Source of the DNA: the human T2T-CHM13v2.0 reference genome, Homo sapiens
DNA: 64,000 bases
Strand: one strand, 5' to 3'
Assembly: GCF_009914755.1 (NCBI RefSeq)
Contig: NC_060935.1
Shown: in pieces, positions 27,495-41,400 of the stretch
How positions within the stretch are numbered: the stretch's first letter is position 1
How the letters are laid out: each line of letters starts with the position of its first letter
The notes under the pieces: model-generated
Database searches by the model: none
Seen by the model: only the letters and a program-made list of their open reading frames with translations
What the model was told of the DNA's origin: nothing
Program-made: the position numbers and the translations under genes

Positions 27495-28150
27495 TTAATC
27501 AGTTGAGATTCAGGTTTTTTGGAATGCGTCAGAAAATCCCAAATTACAATGCCTTAAACAAGATATAAATTTAGTTCTCTCACACATAAGTTATGTAACA
27601 GGTAGGAAATCCAGGGCTGGCTGGTTCTCCATGGCCAGCAAGTGGGCAAACAGCTGCATTCTAACTTTCATGGGCTTCAGTTACTTTAAACTTCATCAAC
27701 CCTTACTCTGTTAAATATATATACGTATACCACATTTATATTATATAACATATTGTTTTGTGACTATGTTCATATAAAGAATAAAATATTAATATTATCT
27801 ACTTCAAGCTAAAAATTCATTTTTAAAAATTCTAATTTTAAAAGAAATTTAAAATATTTGTGGGCCAAGAAAGTATTGTGGACCATTGGCCATTGACTCT
27901 GTGCTGCTGTGCCAAGTGGGTAAGTTAGCCATGTCAGTAATGACCCCAGCTCCTTCCAGCTTGTTGCTCTGTTGAGGTCTTTGCCCTCGTGATCCAAGGT
28001 GGCCACGAGAGTTCAAATCATCCTTCTAAATAGCAGCATGGAGGAAGGACACACTGCTTTCCTTTTATGAATACTCCCCATTTGCTAGTCTTAGTAGAGT
28101 AGCTGGTCCCATATAAAATGGAGCCTGGGACTTGTAGCCTTCTTACCTCT
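27495..28150 (-). mobile_element. MLT1 (MLT1J/K/L-like) MaLR LTR, interrupted by an AT-rich insert
   Basis: tcagttgagattcagg...cagaaaatcccaaattacaatgccttaaacaagatataaattt...tctctcac...atccagggctgg...ccagctccttccagcttgttgctctg. Confidence 0.6.
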
Positions 28151-28280
28151 GCCATATATTCAGGTAAGAATATATTGGAAGCTCTGTCATACTGTCTGTG
28201 CCTTCCCTTCTGACTGTTTATGTAATTCTCTGCTATGTAAGTTGATTCAGTTGCTCCAAAGGAAGTTGTCTTTTTTGTGT

Positions 28281-28420
28281 ATAGTAAGCCCTTATTTAAT
28301 GCCATTCACAGATTTTTGGAAACCACAACTTACGTGAAATGATGTGTAGCAGGTTTCCTTCAAAGTCCTTTCTGATGTTGGTGACAAGAAATATCATTTT
28401 GTTATACATGACAATTTATG
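28281..28420. mobile_element. MER82-like Tigger-family DNA transposon fragment
   Basis: tagtaagcccttatttaatgccattcacagatttttggaaaccacaactta resembles the recalled MER82 terminus CAGTAAGTCCTCACTTAACGTC...GGTTCTTGGAAACTGCGACTT. Confidence 0.45.
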
Positions 28421-29704
28421 GTGATGTGAAAGCTGGTGTCTGTCGCTACAATTTTTTTAATTAATTAAAAAATAAAAAAAAATACAATGGCAAGATTTTG
28501 GATTAGAATCACTATTTCAGCTTACAGGGATGGTAAAAGTTTACATCAGTTGGATATTTGCTAGGAGATAGGGACAGATAGGGACAGAACTAGGGAATAG
28601 CACTAAAATAGGAGTATTCATAAGTAATAATCTTTATGTGACTAGATATTTACCAATGATAAAATAATATCAGTAAATGGTTAAACGTTGAACTTAGGGC
28701 GTGCTATCTGAGGTGACTACTTTAAAGGCAAAGTTCATATGTATTTTATGATTTATATTGTGGTTTAGACATATGAAGTACTTAACTATGTGCTTAAATA
28801 TTTACTAAATGACTAATTCATACCTTTTGCTTTGTTGTTCTTTCTTGAACTTTTTCCGATGAGTGGAAAGAGAACACTTAAATAACGTGATATAGATGAT
28901 TTTTAAAAATTTAAGTGAATTATGCTAAGTCTTAGCGAAGTGTCTCTTATTTAGGCTAACCTCAGAATTACACTGTGATAATATGCACTAGTATCCACAT
29001 ATATTTATGTTTGGATCTTATATTATCAGAGACTAGCATTTTCCAAAATTCTCTTCCTTAGAAGAAAGTATCTGTCAGGGGGAGAGTGAATAAAGAAAGT
29101 TGAAGGAGTTTCTCTGTATACTTTTGTCCAACTGGGAGAGGGATGCCATGATTATGATAACAGAGTGATTAATAGATGATGTATATTGGGCTGAACAGGG
29201 GAAGAAGTGAAACCAAGATGGTGCTGGAAGCAAAGGAAAAGGTGAAGGTGCTGAAGAATGTGGAATGTGGTGGTTGTCACAGGCTGAAAAAACAAATAGC
29301 GGTGGTGGTAGAATATTGGTAGTATAAACCTTAAGAACCATCTTAGAATTCTAACATTTCAGATCTCAGTGAGTCTTTAATATCTACTCCAAACCTTCAT
29401 TTTTTTATAAATTGAGGCTCATAGATGCCAAATAACTTATCAAAGTGATACAAATATTTAATAGTACAAGTAAGACGTGGGAAAAAAGCAAATATAATAA
29501 TACGTTACATATTTTATTGCTGAAGCAGCATCAGTCTTTCATAAAAATTGAGAGAACTTCATCATAATCATGAAGTTACCTAAGTATGTAAAGTTTTTCA
29601 GAAAAATGACAAATGAATAATTATGGTACTTTTTATTTCAAATATCTAAATCATTCTTAACACAAATTTCAATGTTAAAGGAATGATTTTACATTGTTGT
29701 TTGA

Positions 29705-30140
<436 letters not shown>

Positions 30141-32849
30141 TAGTTTTCCTTTCAGTCTCTGTTTTTTAATTACTATTATTTTAAGAAAATAGATGGTATT
30201 GATGTTTTCAAATCATGTTTTCTTTCAAAACATGGAAACAAGCTAATATCACAAATTTCTCCTAAAAATAAAATAATTAAAATTGTATTTGCTGACATGC
30301 AAAATAGCTAAAAATTAAGTCCCCCTTGCCTGTTTTTGGATTCACAAAAGACTTGATCATATCTTAGCTAAAAACATCTATATTTGAAAGAAAAGCTACA
30401 GAGTCATATGATGGTTAGCCTTCATCCTTTAGCAGTCGTTGGTAAGGTTTTATTTCATTTTTACAATCAGCATCAAGAGAACGATATAGATGAGCTTTAT
30501 CCTGGGATAATGACTATGTCTTAAACTATTTTCAGATATTATGAAAACATTAAAATATCAATAGCCACTTTAAAATTGTGTTGCTGTTTTGACTGTCTCC
30601 TTAAATAATTAGAAGGGTAAATATTCTTTTTGAATATTCTTAGGATCTATATAATACGTGACTCATATGGTTTTTCCTGTGTCTACTTTCTGACTGTCAT
30701 TACTTATAGCTACAGTAAGTTGCAGGGCCATGCTTTGGGCACTATACTCTGATTCTAAAGCCTGGGGTGTGCCATGGAAAATCAGTCAATGAATTCCATT
30801 AATACCAAACAATCACTAAATGCTGGTAGAAATGAATACCTTACTCTTCTGGAAGATCACCACCTTTTGTCTCTCTTTGACCTTTCAGAGTCTGAATGTA
30901 GACAGTGTTTATCTCAAAGAAGTGATGAAAAGTTGACAGGCTGGGAAAATAAGAGTTGCCAAACAGAATGCTAATTGGAGGACCACGTAAGCATGGAACG
31001 GATTTAATGTTTTGAAGTGTCCAAGTGTAGTGCATTCTGCAAGCATAGTTAGGATTCCCTGGCTATGTTCTATAATAAGAAGCTGATCTGGCTGGGGATA
31101 CAAGCAGACCTCTGGAAAATAAAATGTTTTAAAGATGAGTGGTACCCCTAAACAGTGCCCATAAACAGAAGCATGTGGCATATCCCTGGCATTCAGCAAG
31201 GGGCTGTGGAAGAGGAGTCTTGATTGGTGGGAGAGAAATCCTCCACTGAATGCAGAGAGTAACTAGTTGGTTGTGTGTGTGTGTGTTTTCTTTTCTGGCA
31301 ATTAAAAATTTCAAGACAAAGTGGCAGAGAAAAAGAGAGAAAGAAATAGATGGTGATGATCAGTCTTTGGTTCCTCATCCATGGTGAAACTGAGAGCATT
31401 CTAGCATAAGAATGGTTTCAGAATAAGTAATTTGCTTTACAATTCAGTGATCCTGAACAAATAAACTGTATCCACATCTCAGAGCAGCTGAGAAGGAGAG
31501 CAGCCCTGAGGCATTACAGCACAGAATGAGGAAGGTATATTGTAGTATTAAGGGAAAACACATAATAAGATCGTGCCTCTCCTTCTATCAAGCCCACTTG
31601 TCAATGGAATGATTATAAATTTCACTTTGTGGGGAATTGCAGGGTACCATCGTCATACAGAACCAACTGAATGGATGTTCTTTGTTTATGTAAATAAACT
31701 TTGTTAACATAATTTTCTTAATTTATTAGTTTTTTTTCTTTTGATATTCCCAAGTGTGAGAAAAGAAGGTTATGACAACACAGCAATAAGATTACATGAA
31801 TCTATTTATCAGGGCAATTGTTAAAAGAATTCTCCCCACTGGTGTTGAAGAAAGAAATATAGTAAGACTTAGTCCTTGAGGTGAGGGCTGTTCTGTAAAA
31901 GCGGCCTGGCTCAAGGAAAGCTAAATTCACAAAACTGCTGGTTGGTACAGGATCAAGCTCTTTAGGGTAGGAGACTTTTTACATGACTTTAGGTCAGAGG
32001 TCCTAAAGAGGAGAGTAAATGAATTATTGTTAGTAAGACCAAAGGGTGTGGTGAACAATCGTTGTCATTGAAACCTCTGCTGATTTGAGCTCTTAATGCT
32101 TGCAAGTGAAGGACGCTAGAAGGTCTATTATTTACCATTTCCCCGATTTCAGGGCAGAGTTTAGAACCGGAAAGTTCATAATAACTTCTTGGAAATTAAC
32201 TAAGTCCTCTGATGTAGGAGTTACACAATCATCTAGAATGTTATTTTTATTTTTTCCTGAGGCAGATTATAAAACCGTATACTGTGCCTAGCATGTGTGA
32301 GGTAAGAGGAGAGAAGTGGTATTCTAGGAATACTACACATCCTCTGTAACTTACTCTCTTCCTACAGAAGTTTAGTCTACTGAGCTGAAAGACCCCATCT
32401 GTAAATGACACTTTTTACAACCAGCAAGAGGGATAACTTGGCAATTGGTTGGTTTATAGCAATTAAGGATATATAAATTAATTCAATTAATATTCACAAA
32501 GAACTTGATATCTATCAGGGAATATGCCAGGAAATAATGTTAAGTGCTTGGGAGCCCAGATGCATTAAAGAAAATACATCCTTCATAGAAGGAGAGGGAG
32601 ACAAAAAGTGCAAAGAGTAAAGTTTCCCAGCTCTGGGAATAGCTGTGTAAGGTGTCACAGAAGTAATGACTTTCCTATGGGTTTCAAAACGTAGACGGAA
32701 CTTTTTAGCCAAAAATTTTTGCTTGGGAAAACAAATTCCAGGAAGAGAATAGCAATGTGAAAGGTGCTAAAATAAAATAATAATAATGACAGAACTAATC
32801 ATAGGCTCTCCAGTAGTGAACAAGCACTGACTAATATGTATGTAAAAAC

Positions 32850-33077
32850 AGCAGGCTCTGTGCATCAGGGTGGGTTTACCTCTGTGGTACAACCTGTGCT
32901 CCAGAGCTCCCCTAGGGACTGGGTAAAGCTATTCTGCTGGGACCACTTCCTTGCTGAATTTTTTGTCCTGTCATGTTTTTTTTCTTTCTTATGAAAGTTC
33001 TCATTTATCCCTGATAAATCAGCTTTCCAAAGGAGGCCCTGATTATGCTCTGCTTCTGTGAAAACTGACCTGAGACA
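32850..33077 (+). mobile_element. LTR16-like ERVL LTR 3' part, followed by a MIR (about 33080-33270)
   Basis: tgtgctccagagctcccc...gctctgcttctgtgaaaactgacctgagaca resembles the LTR16 3' terminus. Confidence 0.6.
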
Positions 33078-33378
33078 GAGGCTGATCCACCTGGATTTGA
33101 ATCCCCGTCTTCCACATGACTAGTTATGTGATTTTGGATGGGCTGTTGAAAATTTCTTATAGTAGATTTTTTTTTTCAGTTAAATTGGGAAAATAATCAA
33201 TCTCGAAGACCTGTTTTGAAGATTAACAGATTAACAGATTTTAAAGACCTGACACTTACACTTGATTAATATATGTTACTTTTCTTTCCTGTTAATTTGT
33301 GGAAATGAATGTAAAACCTAAAATTATTTGTATGGAATTTGGATAGGTCTTATATGAATATGAAATTCTATGACCACT

Positions 33379-33987
33379 TGTCAATCTGAAATAATTGAAA
33401 TAATCAGAATCCAGTTTTAATGAGTTTATTCAAGTAAAAATCTGGGAATAGCCACCCAGGTTACAGGGACTCCAGAGAAATGGGATAAGTGCTCCAAAGC
33501 TAAAAGTTAAAGTTGTGCTTACATAGGAAGAAAACAAAGACATATAACAGGATTACAACATTTTCTACACAAGGCTGATTTATGAGTAACAACATTTTAA
33601 TTGGTTAAAGTTTGTTTTCTTTTTTGTGTGGCTGGTTTTCTTTACAATTTAAAAGTGTATATTTAACATTCCATCTTAAGACAATATGACAGCATGAAGT
33701 TTTTCTGTGAGAAAGGTAAGAGAGAAGTTAATCTAAAATGAAGATCAGCCCTGAAGAGGGAAGAGGTCTTTCCTGGTGCTGTGTAGTCATTTGTAATATT
33801 TTACAAAACAATGTAGGTAAGGAAGAAGGCAAATCTATAATTAGAGAAACAAAAATTACAGTTTTCTAGGTTACAGCTGCCTAGGTAACAGCTGCCTGTT
33901 TATGTGACTTATGTCCCATAATCACATTCCCTTAAGGCTATAAAATTTAGTTTCAACAGCTTAGATTGTGAGTTACTTATTTTTACA
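33379..33987 (-). mobile_element. ERV1 MER4-group solo LTR (exact family uncertain)
   Basis: TG...CA termini, 4-bp TSD cact/tact, antisense poly(A) signal tttatt near the left end. Confidence 0.75.
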
Positions 33988-34264
33988 TACTCAAGAAATA
34001 AACTCTGTGATACAATCTATGTGCCAAGCTCTCTATGTGGCTTTATTTCCAGGTTTGATAATTTCTTATTACCATCTGTTATTTTTGTCTTTGAACCTTT
34101 CCTAATACAAAATACAAAGATTTTTCTTTATCATATTTTTTGTGTTCTAAGTTGAAACATATGCATGAAATCTTATTTGAAATCTTAATTGAAACATGAA
34201 TAAGATAATCTTATGTCACCTGTCCAAAAAACTATTGCTAAAGGTTAAAAATATTGTAGGTACA

Positions 34265-34606
<342 letters not shown>

Positions 34607-35770
34607 TTATATTTAAAAAATGTTCTATTTATTTTTTCATATATCTAAATAATGACTCCAAAAACATTAATCACTTCAATGAGGGCATCAGTCACGTCAC
34701 TGATTATTGTAAATTGTGGAGCCAATAATCCATAGTTTGCTTTCTTAAAAATCCATTTTAGAAGGTTGAATTTATCAGATAGTCTGAAGTGTTAAATGAG
34801 AGTTTAATCTTGACTTATTGAAAAATGGCATCATTTTGCTTCCCATGGTTATTTTTATATTGTGTCTGAAGAAAGAAAAATCCTTTTGTGTTTCTCATGT
34901 TTATGGTGTATAACAGGCTCTTTTTAATTATAGAAAATTCCTGTCTTTTAATCACTGAGAAAACAATTTTCCTCCCATAAAATAATACATTTTTTCATCA
35001 TTTGGTTTTTAAAATGACATATTCCAGGGATTATTTTTGAAATATTGGATGCTTATCTAACACTATCCATTAAGTTTCTATTCATGTGGAAAATGAAATG
35101 GAAATGTAGGAGAAATTATTTTTTAGAGGGAGGGGATAAAAGGCCTATAATTAATCAGCTGTTATTAATGAATAAGATAACATTGAATTCAAACAAATAA
35201 AAAATTAGTTCTTAAGTGTTAGGTATGACCTCATTTAATTAAGTTAGATAATTTATATAAATGAGATAATTTAACTTATTTAAAGCTTAGCTAAGTTAAG
35301 AGACTTGCTTCATCTAATCCATGAGTCAATGGTAAAATCAGAATTTAAGCTCAGAGCTGCATGAATCTAACATCTAGGTTCTTATAACTTTAGCCATGTT
35401 TGTTAAAGATCTTTGATTATTTTTTTTAATGTCTGATATGCCTATTTTCCCCTTGTAACATTGTATATTTACAGTCTGGGCTAACAAGATAACAAGCTAT
35501 TTGAGGGTGTTTTATCCTTTCTGTAAGTGTTAAATGAGAAATTTCTTCCTCCTTTTTAAAACGAATGGAAGAGAAACTGTTAAAAATTATTAAAGAGTAT
35601 AGTTACTGAGTGTCCTTAGTCCATAAATAGTTTTTAGAATGTTAAGATGATAACTGAAATATCAGAAGATGATAGTGGGTTTTTATGCACATTTATTAGG
35701 GTTGTTTTCTTCTTGATCTTTTCACTGTTTGTGCCTAGTTCAAAGTTAGTCAATAAACAGAACATGGCTT

Positions 35771-36215
35771 TGTGACCAAAAATTCTCTGAAAAAGAATTT
35801 GGAGGAAAGAAACTTTATTCCAGTGAACAGTTTGCAAACTGGGAAGACTGCATAAAACAAAGGGGCATTCCAGAGAGCAAAGAGAGGGTTCGGCTTTTAT
35901 AGAGAAAGTTTCTATTCAAGTTCCCAATCAAGTCTATTTATGCAAATGAAGGATTCAAACTTGCTTAGTGCTGATTGATTCACAGAGCTGAGTTCTGATT
36001 ATTTTGATGCAGATCATACTCTATTTGTTGGTTCAGGTGACGTGAACAAGGACAGTCAGCTATGAAAGTCCCAAGTTAGGTAGACGTGTGGGTTTTCTGG
36101 AACTGAGTACATGTGTGAGCTCTAGGTAGCAAATGGCCTTTGGGCTCTATTTTAAACTTAGACACTGTTATCCACTCAGGATTCATGTTGAGGGATTGGC
36201 TCTTTCACGTTTACA
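35771..36215 (-). mobile_element. MER31-like ERV1 solo LTR
   Basis: The reverse complement begins tgtaaacgtgaaagagccaatccctcaacatgaatcctgagtgg...aaaatagagcccaaaggccatttgct. TG...CA ends; TSD-like gctt/gttt. Confidence 0.75.
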
Positions 36216-38128
36216 GTTTCATTACTCAGTTTGCTCTCACAGTCATACCATCCTCTTTATATTTTGACTACAAATCTTATTTTCTACTTTGACTTCAGAC
36301 CATTAGGATTGTATATAAGGACTGTTAACAGTACCCCTCAACCCAACTTTATCTAGAATGAGTCTTGAGCTTTGGAGACTCCTGTACTTGAATGGAGAAT
36401 ACAGCAGGCCATCTGGAACTGTCTAGGAAATCGGATGTAGTTTTAGGGAGAAAGATAAAGTTTTGAATGTAAGATTCATTCCTTGAGATTTTATTGTTTA
36501 GTTATGTTTATAATATTTTGTGCTGAAGTCAATTAAACAATTGAAGAAAATAAGTATGAGATCTCCAGAAATGAAATTGTGTGGTGAACACATTAGAAGA
36601 GCAGACCTACTATGTCTTCCTCCAAAACTATCTTAGTGAAAAGTCCTTGGGAAAGGGTTTCGCCTTTCATCCAGGATACAGCTTCAGTGAGGCAGTTCTA
36701 CACATGTACTGGAATTTGCTGTCTTTTCATGTCTTGGTTAATTTGGAATTTCATTTATTTACTATTTTGATGTGAAGAATTGCACTTCAGATTTTAGTAA
36801 ATTATTGCCATGTCAATATAGTTGCATTCTAATGATAATATGCATCTTTTTTAGAAAAGGCTTTTTTCAAAATAATTTTGCTTCATGATTAATTTGTGAT
36901 TGCACATAATTTTCATAATTTTAGTTCAGACAATCTTTAGACATGAAGATACTTGTTGACAGCACAGTACCTTTGTTCCTCTCTAGTAACTCAATATAAC
37001 AACATCAGCAAATATTGGTATGAGTTACTATTATTAATGATTTATTTTCATAATCTGATTTCTTTTATTTCATTAGTTGCCTTGGGTTTTTGTCTGATTT
37101 CAGAAGCTACATAGCTATGTGATTTTTAAAATGGCATAATAAAGCATAAAATCCACAAGATCTTTAGTTTTGGAGAATTTTGAATGGGAGAATTTTGAAG
37201 ATTGACCTGTGTACCCTTAAAAGGGGAAATCAGGTAGAAAGACAGCTGTCAAGAAGATGCAATGGAATTATTACCAACAGAATTGAATAAAACACATTTT
37301 ACAAAAAAAGGTTAATATCTACTCTAAAACGCACTAGTGTATGACCGAAAAGCAATATTTGGAAATGGAACTGTTATCAACAGGAAAAACAGGGAAGGAT
37401 TTAAAAAATGACTGCAATAAATACTTATGTCTGTAGTTGCATTTGGACACCATTTTGAAGGAACCCCTTCCACAGAAACCAGATGTGATTTCTGTTTTTC
37501 TGTCTGGAGAAAGCACACATATAATGAAAAGGTTGTATAATTATTGCACTTGTACAGAAGAATCTTCTCATGTAAATTTAAATTTCAATAAGTTGCTGGA
37601 TTAAACTTTAGCAAGGGAAAGGAAATTGTAAAACGTGGTCTTGTCTTTCATTCACATGTTTGTGTTAGTATGTTAATTATCCTTTTTGGGGGCAGGAGAA
37701 GTACAATGAAGCATAGGCCAGCATAAATGCTACTTATACAGGAACCAATACCAGAGCCAGACTAGGCTTAGGAAACCTTAATGGTACATTTAGATAGATA
37801 ATTGCCATAGCAGTGAAACAGTAGAAACTTATTTTTTGTCAGTGCAAAGCAGGTTTACTAATTACCAGTCCCAAGAGAGGACTCCCATTGCATGGGGAAT
37901 AGCAAAGATCATCCTTAGGCCAACCACCAAAAACTCAACCAAGGGTTTTCCAGGGTTGCAGACAAGTCAAGAGAGTGGATATGATGCCTCAGTCCGCACC
38001 ATCATTAGCTCCAGAGGGAAATAGGACAATGCGTGTTTTTAGTTCCCTAGATATGTATTTCTATACTTTAATATTTCTGTGAATGGGTGTTGCCATTTGG
38101 TGTAATCTTTTAGGAAAACAGATTGTGT

Positions 38129-38463
<335 letters not shown>

Positions 38464-41400
38464 TTAGAGTAATATAATTGTATCTGATGACCCCAGAGGA
38501 ATTAAAAGAAGCAGGACTCAGTCCCTAAAGCAATGTTTCTTAGGGAGAAAAATTTTAAAGGCCTAGCATTTCAAGGTAAGGAAGAAAAACTTGGTTACAA
38601 GCTTTGTAGACTTACAGTATACCTACTTCATGAGTCAATATATCATTGCCCACCTTACTTTTCACAGGGTAATGAGACAACTTTCATAGAAGTTACCACA
38701 TTTAGCTTAATTAAGAAGAAATATATTTAGGATTAGAAGTTCAATAACTAGATCCAGTGAAGCAGATCACAGTGAACGGGCAGCTCCTTTGCAATTCAAA
38801 ACAGATGGTGCCTTTCTTTTTCCATTCAGATTTCCTGTTTTGAAAAAAAGTCATATCCATTGAATACCAGCAATGTTTATGACATAGAAGTTAAGACTTC
38901 TAAGTCATAACACATGTTTATGGAGGAATGATGTTAGAAACGTTTCATAGCGAGCATGCATTTTTTTCTTTGACCACTGATTTGTAACCGTCACCAAGTG
39001 AAATCCTGGAAATATATATATATATTTTTCGAATCAGTGGAAAGAATTAGAAACTATAGGGAAACCTGTTTTGAATAGCTTAACATTTGGCAATAACTGA
39101 CCACGAGATTCTCTACAAATAAAAATGGCTACCTTTCGTAGGAGGATATACTGAGAAAGAACATATGGAGAGAAACTTAAATAAAGTGCTATGGTAGAAA
39201 GATATAGAACCAACTTGTTGTCCCTGATGCTTTCACAGTAGGACTCATCTTCTTTGTGTCTTTTTCTTTAAATTCATAACAATATTTAGCACCTTGTGTC
39301 AGAAGACAGGCATTTGGCATAAATAGTCACATAATTTCTGAAACTAATTCTAAAAACCACCTCTTTTTTAAGTTTCTGTCTTAGATTGCTTTTTTTTTTC
39401 TTTTTGTTTTTTTGCTTTTTTGGGCATATTTTCTTGAAAGAAGCAAAATCTGTTTCATTCATCTAATTATGCAATGCAAAGATATGAATATCACTTTGGA
39501 GTCTAAGTGCATCCGTAAGCAAGTCTTGCATGTATGAACCAATAGAGGCTTCTCAGTTAGTCTGAAAGTCCTTTGAGGACAGGGTGTGAGTCTTAGGCTT
39601 CTTAGTATCCTGTATAGCTCATTGTCAAAAGCTCAGGCCATGTGCTGAATCAGTATGTAGTCTGATAAATTGTCAGGTTTTCTGCATTTGAGGTGACCTT
39701 TAAATCTTATTGCCAATCCTAAAGCACTCTATATTGGCTTTTATATAATCCACTCGGAAAGGATGTGAAATTAAATATACAATCGTCTTTTTGACAATAA
39801 GAAACTTGTTATTTTAAATCCGATTTGGGGTATCGATGATACTCAGAATGACTATGAATAAAAAAGATTTACATAGTAAATATATTCTATAATTACGATT
39901 TGAAGTAGTCAGTAAAGACCCTTTAAAATGTTTAATCTTCCTACTTCCAATATCTACATTCAGAAAAATACTGTTCTAACACAAACTACCCCAAACTTCT
40001 GTGCCTTACCTCGTTCACTAACCCATATGGTAATATTAATGTGAAAATCTTCTCTTAAATTTCTCTCCATGAATTCACATTTGTTGTTTCAATGATTATT
40101 TTATCTCATGGTCTCAAAAAATAATCCTTGACAAGTTATCCCAAGATAAACCTTCCCTGACTTGCTTTCTGTCAGCATCTGGTTCTACAGTGAGAATTCT
40201 TCTGGAATGTGCTTTTATTATATCCTGCCATTTAATTGCTTTTCAGTATAAGAAATCTAAATGTTCTTCACATTCTTTGTCTTTATATACGATGCTTAAT
40301 TTTGCCCAGTCTGCTCAAATTTGGGGCACAAAGAAGTAGCTTATTTTTATTTAAAGTTTAATGTTAAAAGAAAAATATTTATAGACAATGTAGAAAATGT
40401 AAAAAAATGCAAAGAAAAATCCTCTACTCAATTATACCTTTAACATTTTTGGTAAATTCTTTATATACCAGAGATTGTGTATAGTGAGTTTTAATTATGT
40501 TTAGTGAATAAACTAATCCATGCTAATTCACTTAAAATATCAAGCTTCTTTTTTTTACAAAAAAAAGAATACTTCGTTGATTTTCTTAATTCACAAATAA
40601 TAATCTATTATATATATATTAGATAAATATATACATTGGTAATGGTTCTCATTTTGTCAGGTAGTACATTTAGATTGACTATTTAGCTCTAAATCAAGAT
40701 CCTGGTAACAGTAATCAAAGGTAAATGAGCCATAGGAGATAACAATCTTATTTTAATTGAGGTCTTACCTAATCTCTCTGGATAGGTAAAGACTCAATGA
40801 TCTTGGCTTTTATTACAAGCCCGCATCATTATGTTGTAATATATTAATTTTGATCCCAACAAAATACCTTTAATCTTAGGCCTTAGAGGCAGTGGGGCAA
40901 TGAAACCTTAGATAAAAATGAAATGTTATTTTTATATTTAAGTAAAGAAAAAATAAGGATTTCTTATTATATTCTTTCTGTGTCCAGCCTCTTTGAAAAA
41001 CCTGAGGTCAGGTGAGGCCTAAGGGCAGTGAAAAGTTGAATTGATCTTCCCATTCATTTATCTCCTGAATGAGTCTGAATTTAATTTATCTTAAACAAAG
41101 ATGTTGAATGGATGCTTGATATGGAATAAGAGTCTAGTCCTCAAATTAATTTTTATGGATACTGGAAGTGTTTCAGAAATTGAGCTGGCCAGTTTTATCA
41201 TTTTCTATTAGATGACAAAGATGTTAAATGTTATATTTCATTACAGAAAATAATGTATTAAAATATTTTTTTAATAAAACAGTTTTTATTGCCTACACAT
41301 TGTAATTCAAGACATAATCAACTGCTAGTCTCTTGCACTGGTCATCTGAAGGTGGTAAAATGTGACTAAGGTAAAAATGAATGGTCTAATTATAGGAATG

